Assembly: GCF_964204645.1 (NCBI RefSeq)
Contig: NC_134034.1
Location: forward strand, 620,001 to 684,000
Direction of reading: 5' to 3'
DNA length: 64,000 nt
Source of the DNA: Tubulanus polymorphus
Taxonomy: Eukaryota; Animalia; Nemertea
Shown here: one piece after another, positions 12,147 through 24,300 of the stretch
Layout of the letters: each line of letters begins with the position of its first letter
How positions within the stretch are numbered: position 1 is the stretch's first letter
The notes under the pieces: generated by a model
Told to the model about the DNA's origin: nothing
Database searches by the model: none
The model's input: the letters and a program-made list of their open reading frames with translations, nothing else
Position numbers and translations under genes: made by a program

Positions 12147-13097
12147 CTTCATTCGATAAATATCCTACTAAATACAATATTCGGGCGTAAAATCATATGT
12201 TTAAAAGCCCCGAAATGGAGCGAACACCCGTTGAACCGGCGAGCCCGTATCAACCCAGTAGTGTTCAGCGGAAGCTTAATAGAACTGGGTGGGGAAATGG
12301 GGAAAACCCGTAAATCCCCACCAATCAAACGCCGACTCAATCATAGACTGGTTACCGGTTTCTATCTTCAACCATATTGAATGGGACAGGCAACCAGTCT
12401 AAATACGAATGCAGGTGGCGCAAAATACGACAGGCAACCAGTCTACAACTATTTTCAATTTATTTGTTTTTCTGATTTACTATTATTATTAGGCTAGGCA
12501 TATATTTCAATACAATTCGAAATTTAATCAAAATTTCGATTTTAATTTCTCATAGACATGACGAGTCTTCGATCCCAACCTAGACATCTTCTTGAGTAGG
12601 TGAGGTATCACAGCTACTCAAAACGGTTAACGTGGGATTCGAACCGCATTATGAACCCAACCAAGCCTCGGCACTCAGTACTACTATATGATATAGAGCG
12701 TTCCCATGGTTAATATTTGATATCGAATTAGCTTTAGAGCGTTTGATCTTCACTTCACTGTTGCCCACACTGTAATTACGATTTATGAATTTAATCAGCC
12801 GACGAATGCGCCATCTTCAGGATAGCGTACGCAACAGTTTATCGACGCGGCTATTATTGATTTCTTGCGCGGGAACTCGCACAGCGGACACACATCAGCA
12901 ACACACACACACACTGCACAAACCACGCATAATAAATTCATCTAATGTGATACATCATTATTTAGCCGCCATCTTGTTTTCTGGTTGTCTTGTAGAACAT
13001 TCCTGACTGGAGACTCGAGCTTTTTCAGCGAGAATCCTTCAATTCGCGTTCGGAAAATAGGATCTGAGTTCGTGCATGGATGTCGAGCAGATAAAAC
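12147..13097. promoter_or_regulatory. Putative bidirectional promoter and 5'-UTR exons of the Ig-TM-SH2 gene and the ankyrin/SOCS-box gene
   Basis: Minus-strand donor AAG|GTAATT at 12146 and plus-strand donor AAC|GTGAGT at 13098, with matching acceptors at 11979 and 13903. CCAAT near 12321 and an exact YY1-type motif GCCGCCATCTTG at 12965-12976. Confidence 0.5.
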
Positions 13098-13584
13098 GTG
13101 AGTAATAATGGAACTGGTAATTGTGATTTGTCTGCAGTATCGTTCCTCACACTGAGCGATCTCTGCAGTCTTTATACTGTCTCAGTAAAAACGGAATCGA
13201 TATTGTCAAACAGTTCAGTGAAATGCAACCCGATTTTTAGACCCCTTCCGAAAATACAATGCAACATCCAGCAATGTTTGAATTTATATAAAAATCGAGT
13301 GATATGTGGTCGTGTTTTAAATCGTCTCCTGTTTTGTTTTTCGATAAATTCTTCTCTGTGATCGATAGGAGAGATAGCAGCAGGTGCGTGTAGACTAGAC
13401 AGCTCAGCAGCAGGTCGAACTATAATGGCCGCTGACGACATCGCACTCGCTACTTCTTCATCCAATTGAGAAATTCAGGGAATTGTAAAAATATCAAATC
13501 ATGAATTCTTGATGCAATTTGATTTGATTCTGGATCTAATGTTCCGCGTTGTGGGTCGGTTCTAACAGGGTTTATTTGTCTCTG

Positions 13585-13860
13585 AACCCAGTTCCACAGT
13601 TATGTGGATTAAATTAGACTCTTGATCCTATACGGATCCAATTCCACAATTGTGTTGGTTTAATTTGACTCTAGATCCAGTTCCACACTTGTGTGGGTTT
13701 AATTTGACTCTGAATCCAGTTAGACACTTGTGTGGATTTAATCTGACTCTGAATCCAGTCCCACCCATGTGTGGGTATAATATATATAACTCTGGATCCA
13801 GTTCCACAGTTGTGCGGATTTCATTTCACTGTGGTGGATCCAATAATTCCACACAGTTGT
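13585..13860. repeat. 39-bp minisatellite family copy in the 5'-UTR intron
   Basis: GATCCAGTTCCACAYTTGTGTGGGTTTAATTTGACTCT units, the reverse complement of the 9170-9632 array. Confidence 0.85.
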
Positions 13861-13951
13861 GATACCCGGTGCTAAATTAGATAATATCGATTTCTCTTTC
13901 TAGTCGTACTAACAGTAAGTGGACAGGTGTACATTGAGCCATCGCTGTACA

Positions 13952-15289
13952 ATGATGAATAATCTACCAGACTGCCGCATGTTGGCCTCGAGCCTTCATC
14001 ACAACAATAACAATCACCTGTTAATGGGAAACGGAAGTGCCAGCTCGGTTGCCTTGGTATTCTACGACGCTATTATCAACAATGAACTGGACACGTTACG
14101 TAAAGTGGTCGAGATTTACAAAATCGACGTAAACGCTAGATTTACGGAGGTCCGTAAACCGAATCACGTCGATCTATGCCCGGTTCACCTGGTCGCCTAT
14201 AAAGGCTACGGGTCTATGTTGCAGTACTTAATCGATTATAAATGTGACGTCACGACAACGACACAAAATTTGAAACGTCAGGCGATCCACTACGCGGCCA
14301 TGGGGCACCAGATGGGCTGTTTGAGGAAACTGCTAAAAGCCCACGCCCAAATGAACTCGAAAGATACGTTTGGTAATTCGCCGTGTCATTACGCGGCCGA
14401 GGACGGGAACTGCGATATCATACGCGAATTACTGGCGCAAGGAGCAGAAGTCGACTCGCAGGACATCACCTGGAAAACACCTCTGATGAAAGCGACGCGG
14501 AACGGTAAAGCGCGCGTGTCTGAGCTGTTACTGAAAGCCGGATGTGACGTCAACATCCGCGACGAATACCTGAACACGGCGCTGCATTTCGCGGCGCGCT
14601 GCGGATCGCTCGAAATCCTCAACAAACTTCTGAAAGCGGGCGCTAAAATCAACGTGCAAAATCACTGGGGTTTGACCCCGTTGATGGAGGCCGTCTGCTA
14701 CAACCAGAAAGCCGTCGTCGGTAAACTGATCGACGAAAAATGCGACCTCTATCGGCGCGAAACGAAAACGGGTGATACGGCTTTGCATATCGCAGTGAAG
14801 AAGAACTATTGCGTAATTTCGGATATGTTGCTAAAAGCCGGTGAGTGGATTCCGTACGTCTATAACTACAACCGTGAATCTCTGCTTCACGACGCCGTCA
14901 TCTACAATCGCCTGGACATTATTCGACTTTTCGTCTATCGGAATTTCGACATCGAAATACCGTGTAAGATCTACCCGGACGGTCGTCGCAAGCATATTGT
15001 ACAGCTGTCGCTGGAGAAGGGTAACATCGAAATATGCAAAATCATCTCTGACGTCACGTGTAGTTCGTGCACGTCGCACGATGACGTCACGCAAGGTCGC
15101 GTACTCGGTAGCCAATCGTCGATGTCGGATTTGACGACGGTGAAGTCGTTGCGTAAGTGGAGCCGTCGAGCGATTCGGCGCTCGCTCGGTTTCGATATCG
15201 AGGATAAGATTAACAATCTACCGGTTCCGCAGGCGATGAAGGATTATATCACATGTCGCGATCTGAACGTTCATCACTGTCTACTGTAA
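13952..15289 (+). CDS. Ankyrin repeat and SOCS box-containing protein (ASB-like), 445 aa, single coding exon
   Basis: About 10 ankyrin repeats (TPLMKA, TALHFAA, TPLMEA, TALHIA). C-terminal SOCS box VKSLRKWSRRAIRRSL...INNLPVPQAMKDYI. First in-frame ATG at 13952 follows a splice acceptor at 13903 and an in-frame TAA. AATAAA signals near 15581 and 15764. Confidence 0.92.
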   Translation: MMNNLPDCRMLASSLHHNNNNHLLMGNGSASSVALVFYDAIINNELDTLRKVVEIYKIDVNARFTEVRKPNHVDLCPVHLVAYKGYGSMLQYLIDYKCDVTTTTQNLKRQAIHYAAMGHQMGCLRKLLKAHAQMNSKDTFGNSPCHYAAEDGNCDIIRELLAQGAEVDSQDITWKTPLMKATRNGKARVSELLLKAGCDVNIRDEYLNTALHFAARCGSLEILNKLLKAGAKINVQNHWGLTPLMEAVCYNQKAVVGKLIDEKCDLYRRETKTGDTALHIAVKKNYCVISDMLLKAGEWIPYVYNYNRESLLHDAVIYNRLDIIRLFVYRNFDIEIPCKIYPDGRRKHIVQLSLEKGNIEICKIISDVTCSSCTSHDDVTQGRVLGSQSSMSDLTTVKSLRKWSRRAIRRSLGFDIEDKINNLPVPQAMKDYITCRDLNVHHCLL

Positions 15290-16064
15290 ATATATACAAC
15301 ACCTCACATCGATAACACACGTTTTCACATTATGTCATAATCGATAATTACAACTATATATATATACATATACAAACATATATCTATATATATCTATATA
15401 ATTAACTAAACATTTGTTCATATCGTGAACAGGGCCTGGGTTTGTGTAGGCTGCGTATCACTCCTTCTGGGCCTGGTTTTTATACGCTGAATCTCAAATA
15501 TCCTGAGCCTGGTCTACCAATGATCCTTGACCAGAGCTTGGGTTTTATTTACAGGCTATCAAGGATTAACCTTAACCTGGAATAAACTGGATATCAAAAT
15601 TATTTCCCTTTAACCAGTGTGCCCAGTTTTGTACACAAGGCCAAATTAATACCATTCGACGGAACAAGGCCCTGCCTTATGAAATTATGTAAAACTGATC
15701 AGGTTTATTATTCAAACATTAACAACATTACCTGTACATGTACAGTAACATATATTTATCATAATAAAAAATGTATATGTAATATAAATAAGATTATAAA
15801 TAAACATGTTAATCTAAAAGGCAATCACAAGAGGGCGTAGGCTGTAGATTGTGACGGGAACCGACTCCCCTCCCCGCTGCAGCCAGCGCCCCCTATAACA
15901 AACACTGGTTAAAACGGGTGAAACTTATTTTGTGATCGATTATTTATTGTAATTACGTCACTGACAAGTACACGTGAACGGTTCCAAAATGCAGTGCGCG
16001 CGTTGCCGCGGCGTTTTGACGATGGAATAGAGGCCTAATAGATATCCCTGTTTCAAATACCCAG

Positions 16065-16284
16065 TTGCACAATCGTGACTTAAATCTAAAATTGGCGTGT
16101 GTCTTAAGACTGGGTCTTAAGTTGTTAGATTGGCTATAGAATCAAATTGAGCTTAGACTGGTTTTAAGTTGTTAGATTAGTTATAGAATAAATTGAGCTT
16201 AGACTGGTTTCTCTAAGTTGTTAGATTGGCTATTGAACCAAAATAGGCTTAAACTGGTCTCAAATCTAAGCCATGATTGTGCAA
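16065..16284. mobile_element. MITE with an internal tandem array of about 46-bp units (TTAGACTGG family)
   Basis: TIRs TTGCACAATCGTGACTTAAAT and ATCTAAGCCATGATTGTGCAA (18 of 21 match). Internal units TTAGACTGGTYTTAAGTTGTTAGATTGGYTATAGAAYCAAATTGAGC. Other copies lie at about 28410-28645, 30930-31020, 33030-33080, 49120-49330, 51410-51540 and 53360-53410. Confidence 0.7.
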
Positions 16285-17054
16285 GAGAAGTTCTGGACTC
16301 CGATCCGCTGTTTTCGTTTAAACGTCTGAGTCTAGGCTTTAGATAGAACTTTGAAGATGAACCAATTCTTACTAGAGTCAACCGTGAACTAACGAACTGG
16401 ATTCAGGGCAGTTTCACAAATGAACATTTTCTTTTCAAAAACCGATCAGTTTTTCTTTCAAAGTAGAAAATGATACAGAACGAGTAAGATTTAAAAAAAA
16501 AAGACTCTATTTCAGAATTTTTAAAATTCTTGTGATAAATTTACTATTAATCATATCATAATATAAACTATTAATTATATATCTAAAAATAAGAATAATA
16601 TATTTATTTAATTCGGCAATAACGAAAATATTAATAATGTTACTAATAATGATAATATCGGCCGCAGTAAAACAATGTGATGTAATTGTGGCATCGGTTG
16701 GGTCGTCGAGACTGGTTGCCGCGCGCGGTTGTGTCTCTATTTTTGAGTGTACCTAAAGCGTGTGTATTTGAAATTTATCATCGATTAAATATTTGTGTCG
16801 AGATGTTATCAGAAAAAAAGATGTTATTTGATGAATAAAAAACACGAAAAATTCAATTTGTTTCTTCTTAGTTGATCGGACGACCAGTAGAGGGCGCTGA
16901 TTACTGAACTGAGTTCACACGGTTTGAATCATCTTCAACCACCAACTGGGAATCGAACTCACCTTGGAGTAATCTCAGACTGATTGAGAGATTGTGAGGC
17001 CCGATGGCTTGTGGAAGCCAGTTCGGGAGCCATACTGGACCCCTGGCAAGCGAA

Positions 17055-17195
17055 CTGAACCTGATGACATCGTGAATCTCTGCCACGTTCCTCCCTCGGC
17101 AGGGATTCGAACCTGATGACATCGCGAGACTCTGCCATGTTCCTCCGTCGGCAGGACTTGAACCCGATGGTATCGTGAGACTGCCGCGTCTGGCG
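17055..17195 (-). repeat. Tandem units of about 52 bp containing a Pol III B-box-like sequence (SINE-like)
   Basis: GAACCTGATGACATCG..TCTGCCAYGTTCCTCC.TCGGCAGG repeated about 2.5 times. The minus strand reads GGTTCGAATCCC. A homologous unit is at 2025-2090. Confidence 0.55.
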
Positions 17196-17742
17196 CGAGA
17201 CTCTGGCAACTATAGTAACTACTATACTAGGATTCAAATCAGATGTCAGCGTCGAGTGAGACCGAGCTTGACTTCCCTTTACCACCCTGTGCCAGACAAA
17301 GCCTCCCAACAACCTAGGAAATGCACGTAACAGAATCATTAACCACAATAATGATTTTAATTTCAAATAGTAATGAAAACAAAATAATGAGGTATCATTT
17401 AAAAGCAATATCCCAGGTGTGGTTGAAAATATTGCAGTTTTAGTCACGATTTTGTGCAAATATTGCGTCTCCGAGACTTTAAAAGAAACCCCAAACACGC
17501 AAGGAGAAACTGTCTTCCAGATGTGCTAGACCGGGTTAGGTACGTACATATTGCTTATTTGAAATTGTATATATATATATATATATATATATCATACATA
17601 AACGTATATATAGATATATATTTCACTTTTTCTCACAATTTCAGAGAAAGTTCCCGAGTTAAAACAGTTGAATATTCTATTCTGTCTGTCAATATTATTC
17701 GGTGCTGTGTCTGTGATTATATTGATCCTGGAAGTATAAACG

Positions 17743-19661
17743 ATGTCAGGTCGTGCTACAGTTACAGTAGGCCTACCACTGTTAACAGTTGTGCTGTTTG
17801 TTCACTTCTCCAGCAGTAAGTGTGACTCTAAAAATGTATATAGTTTATTTACAATATTCAAATTTTAGTCACATATATCTACAAACTATGAACATGTGAT
17901 AGGCCTAAACAGTCGAACTCGGTGCTCGAATTGTCACAGTAGTCGTCTCAATATTTCTGAGTCCTAGATCTATATTCAAGTGTAAGTCGTCTTGTGGATA
18001 CTAAGTTGTCACATAGACTGAAGTCGCCTCTATTTTCTTTAGTTCCGATTTCTATTTTCAATTCAATTTACTAAGTGTAATCCATCATTATTCTACGGAT
18101 GCGACGACATCTGTGTGCAAAACGAATCTGACTGGATAACTTCACTCACAATCTCCATAATTACATGTCTCTCATAACGTGATAGGCCTAACACCTACTA
18201 TTGTTACTATGGAATAACGGTGATAACGATGATAACTCGACTCGATTGCAGTTAATGCGGAAAACGTCTGGGGCGAATGGGGACATTACGGAAGATGTGA
18301 CGCGTGCGGCGATGGCACTAAAACACGGACGAGGAATTGTACGGATGAAGCTGACAACGCGGTTCCGGTATCGGGGTGTCCCGGAGAGAACTTTGAAAGC
18401 GTAGCTTGTAATTACGGAGCTTGCGGTAAGGTTTAAAACGTTACCACTTCCCCCAAACGCCATCCCGATAGTACCAGCTTTACAGCAGGTTTTCATTCTT
18501 GAAGTGCCACGGATTATTAAATCAATATAGTATTTATTGATTATTTCAGTTAATTGTGACGGTTCGGCGACAGACGATCACTGTCCAAGTATGTATAACT
18601 GAATGAATTCAAAGATAACAACTTCATTCATTATCTGAATTTGTATTTCAATCGCAGAGATCTTGAAATAAACATTAACACGTGATTTCCAATCGTAACG
18701 CCACCTATATCCCATGTACAATTGATTTTGTCTTATCGTAAATAGTTTGAGTAGGCTAGTGAATTCGCAACACTAGCGCCCCTAGTGGAACATCGATTGC
18801 CACAGTAGCATTACCATTACCATTTATCCAGTATAGGAGGCTGATCAACGAAATGAAGTTAATTCTTGTTTTATCTGGTCTGGGCATAAACTGATACTTA
18901 ATTAAAATTGTGATAAATCTATCCATGATAACATTTGTTCCAACATAACTGAAATCTTTGGATCTTTTTTTGAAGTTGACGGTAACTGGAGTGACTGGGG
19001 TAATTACGGAAGTTGTAGTGTCACGTGTGGAGAAGGCACTAAAACACGGACGAGGACTTGTACAAACCCGGCCCCGTCGAATGGTGGAGCTGTTTGTGTG
19101 GGTGATAACAGTGAGTCTACAAGTTGTAACGATGGCCCCTGTCCAGGTACGGCGATCAGCAAATTCATATTCGAAATGATAGGAATAGAAATTCATTTTT
19201 TTAACTAAAGAGTTAGATATGATCCATTAGATCTCCCTATGACGCACTATCCTACTAACTCTTGCAATTAAACACTATCCACGCAATCTCGCAATGTTTT
19301 AAAGGATCTACAAATCAATTCAAACCATTCAAAGCCCATTTTATAAAAATGCATTCCTTAAAGAAAAGATACGGAGAAAAAGACACGAAAAGTGGGTTCC
19401 GAACACGTGAGCAGCGTCTTGATGGTAATGCGTATCCCCTAATTCTATTAATTCGCAGTCGATGGAAACTGGAGCAACTGGGAAAGTTGGGGCGACTGCG
19501 ACATAAAGTTGTTCGATTGTGGCGAAAGAACGCGGTCTCGTACTTGTACGAACCCGGCTCCGGCGAACGGTGGCGCTGATTGTGTGGGCGATTCGAAGGG
19601 AGAAAAGGCGTGCAGATGGACGCAGTACGGACGGTGGCCCTGGATGCGTCGATGTGAATAA
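17743..19661 (+). CDS. Small secreted protein with three thrombospondin type-1 (TSP1) repeats, 219 aa, 5 coding exons
   Basis: Exons 17743-17815 (MSGRATVTVGLPLLTVVLFVHFSS, signal peptide), 18252-18425 (WGEWGHYGRCDACGDG..RTR.C), 18550-18588 (NCDGSATDDHCP), 18976-19146 (WSDWGNYGSCSVTCG) and 19459-19661 (WSNWESWGDC...CE, stop). All introns are phase-1 GT-AG, total 660 nt. AATAAA near 19727. Confidence 0.85.
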
Positions 19662-20282
19662 GCCGTTTATTGCAAACACATTGTCTTCAAATGTTGATGA
19701 TAACGTGACGTTTAAAACGTAAATAGAATAAATTTTAATTGATTACGTCAGTAGAATTTCTACCTGTTATTTATGTTTTGAATTTACTCATTGGGAAAAC
19801 ATTGCCGACTGCATCCTGACCACCCAATCACGTCATCAGATTGATTATCATCCGATCTATTTTCCGATCCAAATTAAATCACCTATTGACATCATATTAA
19901 TAGACGAAACGATGCAATAATATGAAATCATGGGGATTTATGGAAGAATATATCATTTCGGAGGAGTCTTCACATCAGATCACTAGTGGCCAATTCGATG
20001 ATGTCATCTTATTGTAGTAGGATCTGTAGGCATTGTATACGACATTGACATCTCGTTTTTCTGGATGGTTCAAACTATGACGTCATCTTCGCTGGATGGA
20101 AGACGATCGGATCATCCGAAAAATATTGAGATTGATACCACGAAATGCCCACACGTGCAGCAGGTTTGCTATATGAATCATTATCATAAACATGTTTGTA
20201 ATTGTTTAATAATACACACGAAATTGTAAGTAAAATGTAATATACCAGGTTTCGTATGAGATGTTATATCTCTGGCCTGAAA

Positions 20283-21227
20283 CACGCAAAGAAAAATTGT
20301 CTCCTCGAAGAGGTAGGTAGCAGTGCGGAATATTCATTTATATATCGGACATGGCTCATCATAGCAAGTTGTTTATGTCAATGTTCAATCTCGCGGAATT
20401 CTAGAGAAACTTTAAAAATTCTTCATATGAGTTCTTATACGTTTAACTGAGTCTGTTGCAGGTAGAGATCTTGAAAACAGGAATGACGAGTTGTCCTACA
20501 GTAAAAGTAGTTCTACTGAAGCTCATAGCTGTGCGGTTTGTTCAGTTTTAAACCAGTGGTGTGTATTCCAAATTTTCCAAATTTTTATAAAATTCTTAGT
20601 CATATTTTCCACAAACTACTTGTATCGTGTAACCGTAGACATAGGCCTACACTCGAACTCGATTCCGTGTAATAATTAGTCGTCAGTTTGATAACGAAAC
20701 ATTGGAGAATATTATAAAAATCCGTCTAATTTCCAGTGAACGCGGAGGACGTCTGGAGCGAATGGGGAAGTTACGGAAGTTGTGACGCGTGCGGCGATGG
20801 CACTAAAACGCGGGCGAGGAATTGCACGGATGATAATGGCAATGTGGTGACGGTATCGCGATGTACCGGAGAGAACTTGTGATAAGCTGAATCAAACCAA
20901 CAGGTTTCGTTCCCGACAGGTGTGTGACTGGTGGGTGCATCAGGGACGCACGAAATAAAGCATACAAATCTAAATCAATTAAAAATGTAGAACAATTCCT
21001 ATTATTTTAAAGACCATTAAAAACTTCCTCACTACCGGATCTGCGACGGCCCCGGTGGTACCAGCTGTTCCACCAGATGACGGGGCGTCATTCGTGAGTA
21101 AGACAGGTTCACGTACCACAAGTGAGCAAGCAATGTAGAATTCTTGAAGTGCTACAGATTATCTAATATAGTTTTTAATTGGTTATTTTAGTTAATTGTG
21201 GCGGTACAGCGACAGATGACTGCGCAA
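20283..21227 (+). pseudogene. Truncated pseudogene duplicate of the 3xTSP1 gene
   Basis: The homologous signal exon (ATG 20483) has an in-frame TAA at 20549. The TSP1 exon from 20737 breaks off at GENL followed by TGA TAA. A homologous micro-exon lies at 21192-21227, and the last two exons are missing. Confidence 0.8.
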
Positions 21228-21399
21228 GTATGACTATAAGATAAATTCATCATATTTCCGCCTATCGAAATCGAGAGTTCAGAATTTGGGTTTTAAATCA
21301 CCACATTCTAAGACTTGCACTACTAACTTTAAAACACGATTACCGACACGAGTGCCAGATATATCGCGATCAGCGTCCATTCCATTTCTTTACGACTAA

Positions 21400-24300
21400 C
21401 TATCGACGACGTTTGTATTTTGCTTGAATGGATTTCAAATCGATCGTCAGTATAGTGTAGAGAATAGGATTGAGGGACGAGTTGATCGGCAAGAAAAGAA
21501 CCGCCAGCCAAGCCGCCACCTGATTCGGTATTTCTACCCGAAATACCGCGCAAAACTGAACAGTGATTATCGGTAGCCAACAAAATAAATTTGAAAGATT
21601 TATCACCAAACTCCTGCGTGCCAAAATCAGTTCAGTAGGATCAATTCTACCCGAGCCGGACCTGCTTCCAGATACGTATCTGTACATCTGCGCATAAGTC
21701 ACCATTATCGTAACAAGTATTGCCGAGTTGGACACGGCAAAAATAGCCAGAGAATATTGCCAGGCGTCGACATCATTGGTCAGTAAATTCATCGGTAAAC
21801 AAACTCCGGTTGTGCCATAGAAATTCGGACCGAAGTACGGCAATTGTGAAAGTGGTAACAGAGAAATCGTACCCAAAATGAGCCAGCAAATACAGCAAAT
21901 ACTGGTGATGAGTCTAGGGGATACAAAAAAACTGTCAGAAAATAGATCGATGATGTTCGAGTATCGATGACGTGTTAGAATAAGCAAGAATGTTAACGAG
22001 CCTTCACAGGAAATGGTTACTAAAATCCCGGCAACGCGACACAATGAACTGCTCGTCCACATTTCAGAATTTAAGAAATAAATGCCTTTGTAAACGTAAT
22101 CAGCTCCTGCTATAAAGAATAGATAAATCGACATCAGGAAATCACAAGCAGCGAGATTCATGATGAGGATATCAGAAGATCTGTTGCGCGTTTCGGATGA
22201 TGGTAGTTGAATGCGCAGTAAAATTACAACGCTGTTGGCGAAGAAACTGAACGCAGCGATGACCCAGATTATAGCTCTGAGGACCGAGTTACCCATCAGG
22301 TCAGAACAGGAGGAAAATTGATCAGCTTCAGGAAGGCAGTTATCAACATTTGGAGCCATGCAGCAAAATTTGTAAGCATCAGACCTTAGGGTCTCTAACG
22401 ATGTCAGGTTGTTGAAAGCGCTTGCTTCTGTAGAAATGAACTTTGAATTATTAGCCAAATCGAGATGTAACAGTTGGCCTAAACTGGAGAAAGCATATTT
22501 TGATATACGGTTGATTCTATTGCTGCTGATATTCAATGAAGTCATTGAGGAAAGACCTTCGAATATATTTGCACCAAGTTCCGAAATGTGCATTCCATGA
22601 AGATCAAACAGTGGAAGTGAATCTAAACCACGAAAGCATCCTTCCTCCATATAGCGAATTGGATTTCCGGTCATGAATAGTTTCTTTAAAGCGCCCAAGC
22701 CATAAAATATATCCGCAGATAAGGATGTTATGTTATTATATGTAAGGTCTAAGGTGTGAAGGTTATGCAGGTGTGAGAACGAATTGGGTACAACGTGCGA
22801 TATTCCATTGGAGGAGATGTTGAGAATACGAAGGTAAACGAATGAAGAAAACGTCGACACATTGAAAATAATTCTGTTATTCGACAACATTAGAATTCGA
22901 CTTGATATCGTGAAGAGGCCACTTATACCGGTGAGACCAACATTTCTACAGTAAACAGAATGACCTTGACACTCACAACGGCTAGGACACGTGACGTTAC
23001 AGAAAGCCTCGTCGTCAGTGGTACTTTTACAATTTACAACACCGTCACAAACTTCAGATTGTGGAATACATCGATTTTCATGGCCACATTTAAACATCCC
23101 CGGACATGAAAATGACTCGCAATTTTGCTCATCTTCTGAATTGGGACAATCTGATTGACCATCGCACACCTGTCTGATCGGTATACAGTACGATGCTGGA
23201 CATTTTACAGTACCAGCTGGACATTCAAATTCTTCACATTTTGATAAGTGCTCGAGATTTCTACAAACGAAGTAACCATTTGTTATCCTTTCAAGAATAC
23301 ATCTGTGACGTCTTGAATAACAATGGGGAGAATCAAAAGAACATCTTTGTTCAACGGATTCTCTGCACAGATTAGTGAAGTTAGTCGTACAGTGGTTCTC
23401 ATTATTGCACTGAATCGTAGGATCCACTGTAACATCAGTATTGTCTACTAATTCGTCTTCTTCAAGGCTCCCTTTGCAATCCACGACACCATCCTGATAC
23501 AACTGAGAACTGATACAGTCTCCATTGTTACACAGAAACCCCTGACACAGTTGAGAGGTGCATCCCATTTCATCGGAGCCATCAATACAACCAGTGACTC
23601 CGTCACATCTTTTAGACCTACCCACACATTGACCATTCTCACAACGAAATTGGTCGGAAAAACATGGGAGATGAAAACACGAGTTCTCATCAGAACCGTC
23701 CAGACAATCTTGAACGAAATCACAGAAACCACTGATTGATATAATCTGACCATCAGAGCAGTGAAACCTGCTGTATAAATTCATATCCGTACAATTGAGT
23801 TCATCTTCACCATGTTGACAGTCGTTTCTGGTATCACATACGCGATGGTTGCTGATACATCTTTGATCGTTACATTCAAACTGCCACGATTTACAACCGC
23901 TTATAGAAGCCAACTCTTCACCAGTGTAGGAACACAATACAGAATGCAGAATTACGTCTTCAGCGGTGACGTCGCTCGTATTAGAAGACCAAACCAGTGA
24001 ATGAATATACGTGATTTCATCCCTGGTTAGTGTTGGCCGTATTGCTCTAAATCTGGTCATTCCATCAATTACTAACACGGCGCCATATTGGTGCTGATAG
24101 TTAAACGTAGTGATTAAGTTACTAACTACTGTGTCCGTCAAAGAAGTAATCGTGCCTATTTCGCAACGGATGTCACGGCACATCTCGGTCGCTGTTTTTA
24201 TATCTAAACCTCGATGGTTGTTCCAGTCTGTCAGTATTTGATAACATCGCCCGGCTACACCTATCCAACCTCGAGTACAGGTTGAGTTGACAGCAAGTAC

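Noticed and set aside
14389-15216. Antisense and alternate-frame ORFs over the ankyrin gene, and the VTGATGVITEVVVS-type ORFs over TSP1 exons
   Set aside because: They are shadow frames of real coding exons and have no domain features of their own.
16901-17498. 102-aa and 179-aa minus-strand ORFs
   Set aside because: They run through a SINE-like tandem repeat, show no recognisable domain and have no supporting exons.
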